Of a stretch of DNA of 64,000 nt, positions 43,223 through 54,151 are shown piece by piece (within the stretch, counting starts at the first letter, position 1; every line of letters begins with the position of its first letter). A program made the position numbers and the translations under genes. The DNA lies in NCBI GenBank assembly GCA_964413715.1, contig CAYPSN010000001.1:135573-199572 (forward strand). Direction: 5' to 3'. Source of the DNA: an uncultured Candidatus Saccharibacteria bacterium (GTDB lineage: Bacteria > Patescibacteriota > Saccharimonadia > CAILAD01 > JADZBC01). Under the pieces are notes generated by a model that saw only the letters and a program-made list of their open reading frames with translations, was not told the origin of the DNA and did no database searches.

Positions 43223-45529
43223 ATGACCAAAAACCTCGTAATCGTAGAAAGCCCGGCCAAGGCAGAAACAATTGAGAAGTACTTGGGTAAAGAATTCCAG
43301 GTACTCTCGAGCATTGGCCACATTCGCTCCATCGCCAAAAAAGGCAAGGGTGGCGCTGAACCTATTGAGGTACAAAACGGCTTCAAAACTACCTACGAAG
43401 TTGATCCAGAAAAAAAGAAGGTGATTACTGAACTCAAGAAGGCCGTTAAATCAGCTGAGGCTGTGTGGCTCGCTACCGATGAAGACCGCGAAGGGGAGGC
43501 TATTGCATGGCATTTATGCAAAGTGCTCGGCCTAGATACGAGCAAAACGAAACGTATTGTATTCCACGAGATTACCGAGTCCGCGCTAAAAGAAGCAATA
43601 GCTTCGCCACGCACGGTGGATATGAAGCTGGTAGAGGCTCAACAGGCGCGACAGATCCTTGACCGGATTGTAGGCTTTGAGCTTTCGCCGGTCGTATGGC
43701 AGAAGGTACCTGGTGGCAAATCCGCCGGACGCGTACAATCGCCAGCCGTTCGACTACTTGTGGAGCGCGAGCGAGAAATTCGTGAGTTCAAACCAACTGA
43801 GCAGTATAAGATTACAGCGGAATTTCAGCATAAAGCCGAACCGTTCAAGGCCGAGTTGCCAACAAAGTTTGAGAGCGAAAAGGCAGCTCACGATTTCCTA
43901 AAGAGCCTCATTGGTGCAGATTTTAGTGTGTCAGATGTAGCTACCAAACCCAGCAAGCGCAACCCTGGTGCACCTTACACCACTAGTACCCTGCAGCAAG
44001 ATGCCAACTCTCGGCTCGGCTTTAGCGCCAAAGCCACCATGACAGCAGCGCAAAAACTCTACCAAGAGGGTAAAATCACCTACATGCGTACTGATTCAAC
44101 GAACCTGAGTGAGCAGTCGCTTAAACAAATAGAGCAGTATATTGGCAGTCAGTTTGGCATAAACTACCAACACCCTCGCCGATTCAAGACAAAGTCGTCC
44201 AGCGCCCAGGAGGCCCACGAAGCAATTCGACCGACTGATGTTTCCCAAGAAAAAGTCAGCAGCAATGCATACGATCAAAAACTCTATGATTTAATTCGCC
44301 GACGCACCCTAGCCAGTCAAATGGCGCCAGCAGAGCTGGAACGAACCAACGTAACTATTAACATCTCAACCGCTGCGGAGACTTTTGTAGCCAAGGGGGA
44401 AGTGGTGCTTTTCGATGGCTTTATGAAGGTTTACGGCGGCGGCAAGCAAGATCCTGACCTATTACCAGCCCTTGAGAGTGGCGACGCCTTACAGCTCAAC
44501 ACCGCCCAGGCAAAACAAATTTTCAGCAAGCCACCAGCCCGATATACCGAAGGTAGTTTGGTGAAAAAACTCGAAGACCTCGGTATCGGCAGGCCCTCTA
44601 CGTACGCAACAATTATTTCGACTATCCAAACACGGGGTTATGTCGAGAAGGGCGAAGGTGAAGGTGAACCACGTGATATTATTTTGCTGTCATTAGACAA
44701 CAAAGAAGTTAAGAAGGAAGTTATACAAGAAAAAACAGGCGCCGACAAAGGAAAGCTCGTTCCGACTCCGAGTGGGGAGCTGATCAGTGATTTCTTACAT
44801 GCCTACTTTACCCAAGTGGTGGACTACGGCTTTACAGCTAAAATCGAAGATGAGCTCGATGAGGTTGCAGCCGGCAAAATGCCGCGCAATACTATGCTCA
44901 ATGACTTTTACGAGCCATTTCATAGCTTGATTAAAAAGTCAGGCACTATCGAGCGTGCCGCCGTGGCACAAGCCCGCGAAGTTGGCGTTAACCCCAAAAA
45001 TGGTCGCATGATTTACGCCCGTTTCGGCAAATATGGGCCAATGCTACAGATGGGCAGCACCGACGACAAAGAAAACAAGCCGACATTCGCTCCTATGCCT
45101 GCCGGCAAGCGCATCGATGACGTTTCGCTCGAAGAAGCGCTGGTAATGTTTAAACTGCCGCGTACTGTTGGCCAAACAGCAGACGGCGAAGAAATCACCG
45201 CCAATATCGGCCCGTTCGGCCCATATGTAAAAATCGGCAAACTCTATGTATCTATTAAGCCAGAAAGTCCCTTCGACATCACCCTAGAGCGCGCACGAGA
45301 GCTTATTGAAGCCAAGCAAGCAGCTGAAGCAGCTAAGTTCATCCAGCAGTTCAAAGACGAGGGCATTGATGTGATTAATGGTCGATACGGCCCCTACGTA
45401 ACCGATGGCAAAAAGAATGCCAAGCTGCCCAAGGATGAAGATCCAGCCAAAATTTCACTCGAAAAACTTAAGCAAATTCTAGACGAAGCGCCTCTTAAAG
45501 CAAAGCGTCCACGTCGTCGCAAGCCCTAA
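43223..45529 (+). CDS. topA: DNA topoisomerase I
   Basis: Toprim N-terminus (LVIVESPAKA...ATDEDREGEAIAWH), active-site region, basic C-terminal tail. Confidence 0.95.
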   Translation: MTKNLVIVESPAKAETIEKYLGKEFQVLSSIGHIRSIAKKGKGGAEPIEVQNGFKTTYEVDPEKKKVITELKKAVKSAEAVWLATDEDREGEAIAWHLCKVLGLDTSKTKRIVFHEITESALKEAIASPRTVDMKLVEAQQARQILDRIVGFELSPVVWQKVPGGKSAGRVQSPAVRLLVEREREIREFKPTEQYKITAEFQHKAEPFKAELPTKFESEKAAHDFLKSLIGADFSVSDVATKPSKRNPGAPYTTSTLQQDANSRLGFSAKATMTAAQKLYQEGKITYMRTDSTNLSEQSLKQIEQYIGSQFGINYQHPRRFKTKSSSAQEAHEAIRPTDVSQEKVSSNAYDQKLYDLIRRRTLASQMAPAELERTNVTINISTAAETFVAKGEVVLFDGFMKVYGGGKQDPDLLPALESGDALQLNTAQAKQIFSKPPARYTEGSLVKKLEDLGIGRPSTYATIISTIQTRGYVEKGEGEGEPRDIILLSLDNKEVKKEVIQEKTGADKGKLVPTPSGELISDFLHAYFTQVVDYGFTAKIEDELDEVAAGKMPRNTMLNDFYEPFHSLIKKSGTIERAAVAQAREVGVNPKNGRMIYARFGKYGPMLQMGSTDDKENKPTFAPMPAGKRIDDVSLEEALVMFKLPRTVGQTADGEEITANIGPFGPYVKIGKLYVSIKPESPFDITLERARELIEAKQAAEAAKFIQQFKDEGIDVINGRYGPYVTDGKKNAKLPKDEDPAKISLEKLKQILDEAPLKAKRPRRRKP

Positions 45530-45672
45530 GCCTTAATCTGTTACTACAAAATATTCATCGATTTTTTGTGTTGACTAATACCATTGTATATAGTATAATT
45601 GCTCATGTCGTATTCGATCATAAGCCGTTGGCTGATCGAAATAACTGCTAACAGCGAGGGTGAACGTAAGCA

Positions 45673-46701
45673 ATGACTAAAACGAACCGAACTCAATATC
45701 AACTAGAAGATTTACGAGCCATGATAGAGGCTTCACTCGAGATTTTGCGTAAAGACAGAGACCGCGAAATCTTAAGTAAGCGCCATGGTATTCTTGGTAA
45801 TGAACCACAAACACTCGAGCAAATCGGCCAGCAAATGGGTATTACTCGTGAGCGGGTTCGCCAAATCGAAAAAGCTGCTCTTACACGCATCCGCCAAGAA
45901 GAGGAGCTGAATCCTGCGTTAACAAAAGAAGTCCTAGCAGTACTCAATAACAAAGGTGGTATTGTACGTTTTGAATACATTACAGATGAGCTTACAGGTG
46001 GCGATTTTGCCCCAGAGCTTGGTTTTATTATCCGAACGAATCCAAAGTTTCACTATCTGGATAAAAACGACCTGCATGACAATCTAGTATTGCTAGCGGA
46101 CGTATACACCAGCGAAGATGTTAAAGCCCTTCATGATGAAATTTATAAAGCCACAAAGGCAATCGGCAAACCGGGCAAGTTTTCACTTATCGCGGCAAAA
46201 ATCGATGGCCCACACAAACCTGAGTCACTCAAAGAAATTGCCTATGCATCAGCAAAATTAGCTGAGCTGGAGGACAATTGGGGACTTAGCAATTGGCCAG
46301 AAGTGAATCCGAAGAGTATCCGCGACAAGGTATATTTGGTGCTTAAGAAAAACGGCCGACCTATGCATTTTTCAGATATTGCCAATAAACTGAGTCAAGT
46401 TCAGGCAAATCCAAAGAAAGTAACTACCCAGGCAGTGCACAACGAACTTATTAAAGACAAGCGTTTTGTTTTAATCGGTCGCGGTATTTATGCATTAGCG
46501 GAATGGGGCTACCAAGCAGGTACGGTAGCTGATATCATAGAAGAGATCCTACGAGAAGAGTCACCTTTAAGTAAAGAAGAAATCGTACGCCGCGTCCTAG
46601 CTCGTCGCCAGGTTAAGGTAACGACGATTGCACTCAACTTACAGGAAAAACCACAATTCGAACGAGTTGCTAAAGCAACTTACCAGCTTAAAAAGGCGTA
46701 A
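45673..46701 (+). CDS. sigma-70 region-4-like HTH protein with large C-terminal domain of unknown function
   Basis: TLEQIGQQMGITRERVRQIEKAALTRIR matches the sigma-70 region 4 HTH. Confidence 0.6.
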   Translation: MTKTNRTQYQLEDLRAMIEASLEILRKDRDREILSKRHGILGNEPQTLEQIGQQMGITRERVRQIEKAALTRIRQEEELNPALTKEVLAVLNNKGGIVRFEYITDELTGGDFAPELGFIIRTNPKFHYLDKNDLHDNLVLLADVYTSEDVKALHDEIYKATKAIGKPGKFSLIAAKIDGPHKPESLKEIAYASAKLAELEDNWGLSNWPEVNPKSIRDKVYLVLKKNGRPMHFSDIANKLSQVQANPKKVTTQAVHNELIKDKRFVLIGRGIYALAEWGYQAGTVADIIEEILREESPLSKEEIVRRVLARRQVKVTTIALNLQEKPQFERVAKATYQLKKA

Positions 46702-46710
46702 AACATACTA

Positions 46711-49395
46711 ATGGACATTTTTGCTACGACACTGGGTGCTATATTTTCATTTGTAGGTATAGTGCTATTTAAGTATTGGGGCTGGCTACTCATTGCAGCC
46801 TATTTAGGCTGGAAAATCGTCAAGAATAACAAAGCAACGGCATTCGTGCAGCAGTCTGAGCACGCCATCTTGCAGATTATTGTGCCGAAAAACAATGAGA
46901 AAAAAGAACTCTCTGCCGAACAGCTGTTTGCTAGTTTGCATGGTATTTTACGACCAAGCAGCGAAACCGAATCAGGTGAAGTCATTCAAGAACATATTAG
47001 CTTTGAAATTGCCTCCGAAGAAAACGTGATTAACTTCTACGTCTGGGTACCAAAACACCTCAAGAACTACGTGGAAAGCCAAGTCTACGCTCAGTACCCA
47101 ACCGTGCAGATTCAAGAAGTGAGCCATGATTATGCCCAGAAGGACCTCAAGGGTAGAGAAGTGCATACCGCCGAGGTTGTGCTGGACAAAGATGATGTCT
47201 TACCAATCCGAACGTTTCCAAGTTTCGAAGTTGACCCCCTGGCCGGTATTACTACAGCCCTTACCAAGTTAGCAGAGACGGAGGAGCTATGGGTGCAGTT
47301 CTTGATGCGCCCCATTGACGATAGTTGGCATAAACGATCCATCCAATACATCGATGAAATAACCAAGGGCAAAGCACCGCGCTTTGGCGCCACCTGGGAG
47401 CAGAAGCTCATTATGATACCTTTTCAATGGATAGGCGCACTCATCCATGCTGCTTTTATTGGACCCAATGCAGCAGCTGACAAGAAGGATGACAAAAAAG
47501 ACGCCAAGAAAGAGCTTAGCACTGGTCAGAGCACCATAAACGCCGCGGTAGAGACTAAGGCCCAGAAGCTTGGCTACCAGGTAAAAATTCGCGTGGCCTA
47601 CATTGGTGGCGATGCGCCAGCCGCACGTCAACGCGTTCAAGCCCTGGTTGGTGGTTTTAAGCAGTTTAATACCATTAACCTCAATGGCTTTTCTGGCAGC
47701 AGCATACACAGCGGGCAAGAAGCATTTGGCGAATACCAAGCTCGATACTTCGGCGACGAAGGGTTTATTCTGAACATTGAAGAACTTGCTAGTTTGTACC
47801 ACTTGCCGCACATCTCGGTAGAGACGCCAAATATCGCCTGGACCTCCACGAAAGTAGGCGAGCCACCAACTAACTTGCCGACCCTATCTAACACAGCCGC
47901 TGGTGATTTAAGTTTGTTTGGCACTACCACCTTCCGCCAGGGCGACATCAAATTCGGCATTAAACGCAGCGACCGCAAAAGGCACTTCTACGTTATCGGT
48001 AAGAGTGGATCAGGTAAGTCCTTCTTGCTCGAGCTGCTTGTGATGTCTGACATCTACCATAATGAAGGCTTTGCCATTGTGGACCCGCACGGCGACTTTG
48101 CTCAAGACATGCTACGCCACATTCCAAAAGCGCGGCTTGACCAAGTAGTCTACTTTAATCCGGCCGACACCGAGTGGCCAATTGCGTTTAACCCAATGGA
48201 AAACGCTGACCCGAATATGCGTGCCTCGATTGCATCTGAAATCGTTGGTGTACTTAAGAAAATGTTTGGAGACTCTTGGGGTCCACGACTTGAACACATC
48301 CTGCGCTTTACGCTTCTTGCCTTACTCGAAACACCAGATGCCACACTGCTTGGGATTACGCGTATGCTCACCGATAAAACCTACCGAAAGCATGTTATTA
48401 ATAACGTAACTGACCCTGTCGTGCGTGCCTTCTGGGTAAATGAATTTGCTTCTTGGAATGATAAGTTTGCCTCTGAAGCCGTTGCGCCAGTTCTTAATAA
48501 GGTCGGTGCCTTCACGGCCAACCCACTGATACGTAATGTACTTGGCCAAACGAGATCGAGCTTTGATATTCGCAAAATCATGGATGAAGGCAAGATTCTT
48601 GTTGTCGACCTTTCGCGTGGACGACTCGGCGAAGATAACGCGAGTATTTTGGGTGCTTTAGTTATTACTAAAATCCAGCTGGCAGCTATGAGTCGTGCCA
48701 ATATCGTCAATATCGATGACCGACGTCCATTCTACTTGTACGTTGACGAATTCCAGAACTTTGCAACTGATTCATTCGCCGTGATTCTGTCTGAGGCACG
48801 TAAGTACGGCTTGTACCTCACAGTAGCCAACCAGTACATTGCCCAAATGCCTGATGAAGTAAAAGACGCTGTATTCGGTAACGTTGGCTCGATGGTGAGC
48901 TTCCGAGTCGGCAGTGAAGATGCCGCCTACTTAGCAAAGTATTTTGAGCCAGTCTTTGAGCCGCTCGATCTTGTAAACCTTGGCCTGAGACAAATCTATG
49001 TAACCATGAGTATCGATGGTGAAACGAGCTTGCCGTTCTCTGCTCGTACATTGAGCATTCCAAAACCGGCGCATGACCATACTCCTGAGATTATTGAGCT
49101 TAGCCATCAGCACTTCAGCACGCCACGTACAGAAGTAGAACGCGTTGTAGCTGAATGGTGGGGGACTAATCAGAATGAAGAAAAAGCGAACACAGCAGAT
49201 GGAGCAACCAAAGAGCCCCAAATACCTACCTTCAATAAACATAAACCGAACATAGAAGGTATTGAGCCAAAACAGTACAGTGCCCAAGTTGCCAAACAGC
49301 GCAGTGGGCAGCACAAAAAAGCAGGCGATAGAGGTAGCACCAGAGGTTCAGGTGGTGCAAACCATGGTGGGCGCAACAGATCACGTCGTAAATAA
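46711..49395 (+). CDS. membrane-anchored VirD4/TraD-like type IV coupling-protein-family ATPase
   Basis: N-terminal TM pair; Walker A GKSGSGKS, Walker B LYVDEFQNF; C-terminal TraD-like region. Confidence 0.75.
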   Translation: MDIFATTLGAIFSFVGIVLFKYWGWLLIAAYLGWKIVKNNKATAFVQQSEHAILQIIVPKNNEKKELSAEQLFASLHGILRPSSETESGEVIQEHISFEIASEENVINFYVWVPKHLKNYVESQVYAQYPTVQIQEVSHDYAQKDLKGREVHTAEVVLDKDDVLPIRTFPSFEVDPLAGITTALTKLAETEELWVQFLMRPIDDSWHKRSIQYIDEITKGKAPRFGATWEQKLIMIPFQWIGALIHAAFIGPNAAADKKDDKKDAKKELSTGQSTINAAVETKAQKLGYQVKIRVAYIGGDAPAARQRVQALVGGFKQFNTINLNGFSGSSIHSGQEAFGEYQARYFGDEGFILNIEELASLYHLPHISVETPNIAWTSTKVGEPPTNLPTLSNTAAGDLSLFGTTTFRQGDIKFGIKRSDRKRHFYVIGKSGSGKSFLLELLVMSDIYHNEGFAIVDPHGDFAQDMLRHIPKARLDQVVYFNPADTEWPIAFNPMENADPNMRASIASEIVGVLKKMFGDSWGPRLEHILRFTLLALLETPDATLLGITRMLTDKTYRKHVINNVTDPVVRAFWVNEFASWNDKFASEAVAPVLNKVGAFTANPLIRNVLGQTRSSFDIRKIMDEGKILVVDLSRGRLGEDNASILGALVITKIQLAAMSRANIVNIDDRRPFYLYVDEFQNFATDSFAVILSEARKYGLYLTVANQYIAQMPDEVKDAVFGNVGSMVSFRVGSEDAAYLAKYFEPVFEPLDLVNLGLRQIYVTMSIDGETSLPFSARTLSIPKPAHDHTPEIIELSHQHFSTPRTEVERVVAEWWGTNQNEEKANTADGATKEPQIPTFNKHKPNIEGIEPKQYSAQVAKQRSGQHKKAGDRGSTRGSGGANHGGRNRSRRK

Positions 49396-49977
49396 CGCAC
49401 GTTATTCAAAAGTAGAGAAGTTAAGCAAAAAGAATCCACTGCCGTAAAAGCTGTGACTTCTCTATCTTTACGCAAAATATTAGGGAGACCTTAGTACCCC
49501 TATATACATATTATGGAGCTAGTTTCCTGCGCTTGTTGTCGCGTATAGCATATATACAGCGCCAGAATAGACTTTAACGCATCCTACAAGCTTCTAAAGT
49601 CGTCTTGCTAATAAATAGGCTGCAGAACACGAGTAAGAGTGAGTAGCTTACTATGCGGTGAAGTTGGTACGAGTATTACGAAGTATTAAGCACCTAACTA
49701 ATTATAACGATTTTGCCTACATATAGGCCAAAAGGAGAGGTATAAACACACAGCTCAAAGCATAAAAACTATATGTCGCACAATGTACCTTTTGCGACGA
49801 ACACCTAAGTTATTAATACATTTGTGTATTTAAACAATTTATATCAAATATTTGGGTTTTTGATTTTTTCTAATTTTTACCCGCCTATACTATCCCCGTG
49901 TGCTTACCTTAGACGGCTACTTCTTAGGCATATATTTGTTCAGACAAAAACCGAACTTAATGAGGGTGGTTTTAGCC

Positions 49978-50772
49978 TTATTTGTAAAAAACTTTGCCAG
50001 CGATCCGTAGATCAATGTATTCCTTGGGGCTAATCTTTTTCGCCATAACAGAACGATAATCCATTATCTGCCCTTCTACATTACGTGTAGTATCAAACTT
50101 AATCACTATCCCCTGCTTTGTCTTAATGGCCAGTTCGGTTGTTGTTTCTGGCACACTTATCGAGGCTACCACAACACCTGCGCTAGCTAACTTTGTATTC
50201 AAATCAGTCACAAATGCCACAAAGCTACTTGGTACGATTTTTTGACCGGTTTTTACTGGTAAATTCGTGCTATCCTCCACCGTTGGCAACGACGTATTGA
50301 GCTTTTGTTGTTCGGCGTACGCCACGCCATTACCTGATAGTACAAAAACCGAACTACCACTCTTCCACTGCAACGTGGCCTGCTGCTCTTTAATGGTTAC
50401 TCGCAAGCCACCGAGTAAACTACGCTCCACCCGCACTTCTTCTAATTGGTAATTTGCGGCCCTTAACTCTTTAGCCAGGCCTTCTGGATTAACAAAAATA
50501 GCATTATCGCCCAAGAAGGACTTATTTAACAGTGCCACAACTTGCTGCTGTACTTCGGCGGCAGTCAACTGTTGGTTGCCACGAACGGCAATTGTGCGGA
50601 CGCGAAACAGGGGTGAAAAGATTACAATATAAAACAAGCTTAGAACCACTAGCAAAGCTAGAATCGGCTTAATATAGCGCCCTACATGAATCTGTTTTTT
50701 TGGCTGCTCATAGTTGGGCCGATACCCTCCTGAAGTGCCAAAACTAACCTTACGCCCTCCTCGTTGCTGCAC
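49978..50772 (-). CDS. ftsQ: cell division protein FtsQ/DivIB-like (TM + POTRA)
   Basis: position at end of dcw cluster; N-terminal TM; POTRA-like region. Confidence 0.7.
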   Translation of the reverse strand: MQQRGGRKVSFGTSGGYRPNYEQPKKQIHVGRYIKPILALLVVLSLFYIVIFSPLFRVRTIAVRGNQQLTAAEVQQQVVALLNKSFLGDNAIFVNPEGLAKELRAANYQLEEVRVERSLLGGLRVTIKEQQATLQWKSGSSVFVLSGNGVAYAEQQKLNTSLPTVEDSTNLPVKTGQKIVPSSFVAFVTDLNTKLASAGVVVASISVPETTTELAIKTKQGIVIKFDTTRNVEGQIMDYRSVMAKKISPKEYIDLRIAGKVFYK

Positions 50773-50775
50773 CTG

Positions 50776-51921
50776 CTACTTCTCCCCTTGCCCGACATTA
50801 TGCAGAATCTTGGCCAACCGCTTGGCAGCGTCTTCTTGCGCAAACTTCATAAGCGTGCTGCCAAGATAGCGCATGTCGTTTGGCGAAGCAAAAAGCTTTT
50901 CTATTTCGTTTAATAAGCGCATACCGGTGAGATCTTTCTCTAGCAACAAGCGAATTGCACCGGATCGTGCCAAGTATTGCGCGTTTACTAGCTGCTCGTT
51001 ATTGGCAGCCGTCGGCAGTGGGATGACAATTGCAGGCTTACCCCAATGCATAAGCTCAGACAAGCTATTCGCACCGCCACGCGACACAACTACATCGGCT
51101 AAGGCATATGCCAAGCCCATTTCGTCTCGCAAAAAACTCTGTGGCTTGTAGCTAGCTTGCACTTCTTTGGGCATGCGACTCGCCAAGAAACGTGCTCGCT
51201 CAATATCCGCCTCTCCCACTACATGAATTACGTTATATCGCTTCGCAAACGCCTCCATGTGGTCAAACACAGTACTGTTAACAGCTTGTGAACCCAACGA
51301 ACCACCAAAGATAAGTATGTTTGGTTTTTGTTCTGTTATCTCAAAGTGCATTCTTGCTTCACTGCGCGACCCGGTTAACGCGGCACTGCGTAACGGATTA
51401 CCCGTATAGACCAGGTTGGTTAACTTGTAGTCTTTATAGAACTCCGTCGGAAAACCTGTCGCCAAGACTTCTGCATTCTTGGCTAAGATTTTGTTGGTCA
51501 TACCAAGCACCGTGTCGGAATCATGTAAAACAAGTGGGATCTTGAGCCACTTGGCAGCCAAGCCAACAGGCAGACCAACGTAGCTGCCTTTTACAAATAC
51601 GACGTCTGGCTTATACTTGCGCACCACTTGGTACGCTCGAAATACGCCACCATTAAACTTAAAAAAATCTTTAAAATTATGCCAATTCGTACGCGCGTCA
51701 ATTGCCGCCTCGTAAAACTTTCGGCCGTAGCGTCGGAACTTACCCGCTGGTATGCGCACGTATTCGATACCCGCGCCAGCAAGGATTTTTTGTTCCATAG
51801 CACCGCCAGAACCAATAAAGAGAACTTCTAAGTTTTTATCGAGACGTCTTAACTCTTCGAGTACCGCCAGTATGGGCGAAATATGACCCGCCGTTCCGCC
51901 CCCCGACACCACTATTCGCAT
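50776..51921 (-). CDS. murG: UDP-N-acetylglucosamine--N-acetylmuramyl-(pentapeptide) pyrophosphoryl-undecaprenol GlcNAc transferase
   Basis: MRIVVSGGGTAGHISP N-terminus. Confidence 0.9.
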   Translation of the reverse strand: MRIVVSGGGTAGHISPILAVLEELRRLDKNLEVLFIGSGGAMEQKILAGAGIEYVRIPAGKFRRYGRKFYEAAIDARTNWHNFKDFFKFNGGVFRAYQVVRKYKPDVVFVKGSYVGLPVGLAAKWLKIPLVLHDSDTVLGMTNKILAKNAEVLATGFPTEFYKDYKLTNLVYTGNPLRSAALTGSRSEARMHFEITEQKPNILIFGGSLGSQAVNSTVFDHMEAFAKRYNVIHVVGEADIERARFLASRMPKEVQASYKPQSFLRDEMGLAYALADVVVSRGGANSLSELMHWGKPAIVIPLPTAANNEQLVNAQYLARSGAIRLLLEKDLTGMRLLNEIEKLFASPNDMRYLGSTLMKFAQEDAAKRLAKILHNVGQGEK

Positions 51922-53086
51922 CTGTTGTCTCCTTTAGAGTGTATTTTGAAATATTTTGCAGGATACCCACCGCGGCAAGCGACGCAAGCATACTCGTGCC
52001 ACCGTAGCTGATAAAGGGTAAAGGAATACCCGTGAGAGGTATGAGGTTTAGCATGGCCATAATGTTGATAATAGCCTGAAAGCCAAACCAGCCTACAATG
52101 CCTATCGAAACGAGCCTGGAGAAATCATCAGGCGCACGCCGTACGATGTTGAGTCCTCTATATATGAGGACCGCAAAAATCCCTACAACTGTCATGGTAC
52201 CCCAAAGCCCAAATTGCTCGCCGAGAATGGCGAAAATCGAGTCATTGGTTGATTCGGGCAAGTAGCCATAAGACTGCAAGCCTTTCCCCAAGCCCTTCCC
52301 TAGTATACCACCTGAGCCCAGTGCAATTAAGGCCTGATTGATGTGATAACCGGTACTACTCACGTCCTCTTTATGGTTGAAAAAGGTCATAACACGGGCC
52401 AAACGATATGGCTGAATCAAGATCATCGCCACGCCGCCGGCAGCAAAAATACCCAGTGTGCCGCCATAGAGCCACAATGGCATGCTGGACATAAAAAGCA
52501 TACTCATGCCAGACAGTAGCAAAACCATGGCGCTGCCCATGTCTCGCTGTACAAATACGGCCAAAAACGTGGCCGAACCTAAAATCAGCAAGAACGGCAC
52601 GAGCCCTTTTGCAAAGTTACTTAGTTGCGACTTGTTTTTATCTAACCATGTGGCTAAATATAAAACCAAACTAAGCTTGAAAAACTCTACAGGCTGGAAG
52701 CTAAATCCGCCCAAACGAACCCAACGCGTTGCACCATTGGCCGAGTTCGACAAACCTGGGATGAGGACCAAAAGCATCATCACGAACGTGGCGATAAACA
52801 TATGAAGTGAATATTTACGCCAAAAATCATAGTGGATCTTAGATACTCCGTACCACACCAGCAAACCAAGCCCAAAAGCAATTAATTGAGTGCTAAAGAA
52901 CGTGTTTTTACCACTACTTCCACCGGTAATTGATAATTTCACAATTGAGCCAGTTGCATAGAGCATGATTAGCCCTATTGCTACCAGCGCAAACACCAAT
53001 ACTGTCAGTAAATAGTCTGGTTGGTGAGCTCGCCCCGTGTCGGCATGAGCCTGCCTAGCGCCATTTACTACCCTCCTGCCGACCAC
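51836..53086 (-). CDS. ftsW: peptidoglycan glycosyltransferase FtsW (SEDS family)
   Basis: 10-TM SEDS protein; 3' end overlaps murG start by 86 nt. Confidence 0.85.
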   Translation of the reverse strand: MVGRRVVNGARQAHADTGRAHQPDYLLTVLVFALVAIGLIMLYATGSIVKLSITGGSSGKNTFFSTQLIAFGLGLLVWYGVSKIHYDFWRKYSLHMFIATFVMMLLVLIPGLSNSANGATRWVRLGGFSFQPVEFFKLSLVLYLATWLDKNKSQLSNFAKGLVPFLLILGSATFLAVFVQRDMGSAMVLLLSGMSMLFMSSMPLWLYGGTLGIFAAGGVAMILIQPYRLARVMTFFNHKEDVSSTGYHINQALIALGSGGILGKGLGKGLQSYGYLPESTNDSIFAILGEQFGLWGTMTVVGIFAVLIYRGLNIVRRAPDDFSRLVSIGIVGWFGFQAIINIMAMLNLIPLTGIPLPFISYGGTSMLASLAAVGILQNISKYTLKETTDANSGVGGRNGGSYFAHTGGTRRVKTSR

Positions 53087-53087
53087 C

Positions 53088-54119
53088 CTAACCTCGTGCT
53101 ATCAAGCCGATAATAATACCTAGGACCGAGCAGACGGCACCAATCACCCAAAACCGCATTGTAACTTTGGTCTCAGGCCAACCAATCGCTTCAAAATGAT
53201 GATGCACGGGAGCGGATAAGAAAATTTTGCGCTTAAAGATCTTTTTAGAAAGTATTTGCAACGAACTTGATCCGGCTTCAGCTACAAAAACTGCGCCGAT
53301 AATTGGCAAAATAAACACCGTGTTCGTCAACATGGCTACCATACCAAGCGCTGTGCCCAGAGCAAACGAGCCGCTATCGCCCATAAAAAAGCGAGCTGGA
53401 TAGATATTAAACCAAGTATAAGACAGCACAGCGCCAACCACAGCTGCACAGAAGGCTGCTATGCCGATATTACCCTGTACGAGCGCTATAACCGAGTATG
53501 CTCCAAAGGCTAGGGCAAGCAAACCGCCAGACAGACCATCGAGGCCGTCGGTAATGTTGACGGCATTGGCGGTAGAGATAATGACCAGCATGAAGAGCGG
53601 GATGTACCATAAGCCAATCTCAAAACCACCTACTGCCGGCACGTGGATGATGCTAAAGCCTAGCTTAAAGTAAAAGTAAAAAGCACCCAGTGTAGCGACC
53701 AGTAAGATAAGTAAAAACTTAATCTTGCTGCGTAAGCCAGCCACACCCTTGCCCGAACCACGGATGTTGATAAAGTCATCCAATAGCCCAACTAAACCAG
53801 CACCAACGAGGCCAAACAGTGGCAAGTAGGTCTGCGACCTGCTCCAGTTGAGTAGCAGGGTCACGACCGATATAGCGACAATCATGACCACTCCCGCCAT
53901 CGTAGGGATGTGGCGTTTGTGCTTGGCAGCATGAAGTTTGTGGAAGATCGGCGCTTTTTCGCCAGTCGTAGCCGTGTCGCGGATTTGCTTCCAGGCCTTA
54001 TACTTGAAAGCAAAGTGAGTGTAAATTGGGGTTAGCAGCATGGCCACTGAAAAACCCAAAAATGCCTGCAAAAGTATTCGTGATAATTGATCGAAGCTGA
54101 TGGTAATTGTTTCTGACAT
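53088..54119 (-). CDS. mraY: phospho-N-acetylmuramoyl-pentapeptide transferase
   Basis: conserved MraY TM core incl. FMGDSGS. Confidence 0.9.
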   Translation of the reverse strand: MSETITISFDQLSRILLQAFLGFSVAMLLTPIYTHFAFKYKAWKQIRDTATTGEKAPIFHKLHAAKHKRHIPTMAGVVMIVAISVVTLLLNWSRSQTYLPLFGLVGAGLVGLLDDFINIRGSGKGVAGLRSKIKFLLILLVATLGAFYFYFKLGFSIIHVPAVGGFEIGLWYIPLFMLVIISTANAVNITDGLDGLSGGLLALAFGAYSVIALVQGNIGIAAFCAAVVGAVLSYTWFNIYPARFFMGDSGSFALGTALGMVAMLTNTVFILPIIGAVFVAEAGSSSLQILSKKIFKRKIFLSAPVHHHFEAIGWPETKVTMRFWVIGAVCSVLGIIIGLIARG

Positions 54120-54151
54120 AATGAATCTATTCTAGCATATTATCCAGTTAA

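Noticed and set aside
49824-50033. 69-aa ORF in the T4CP-ftsQ gap
   Set aside because: AT-rich low-complexity translation, no RBS, overlaps ftsQ 3' end.
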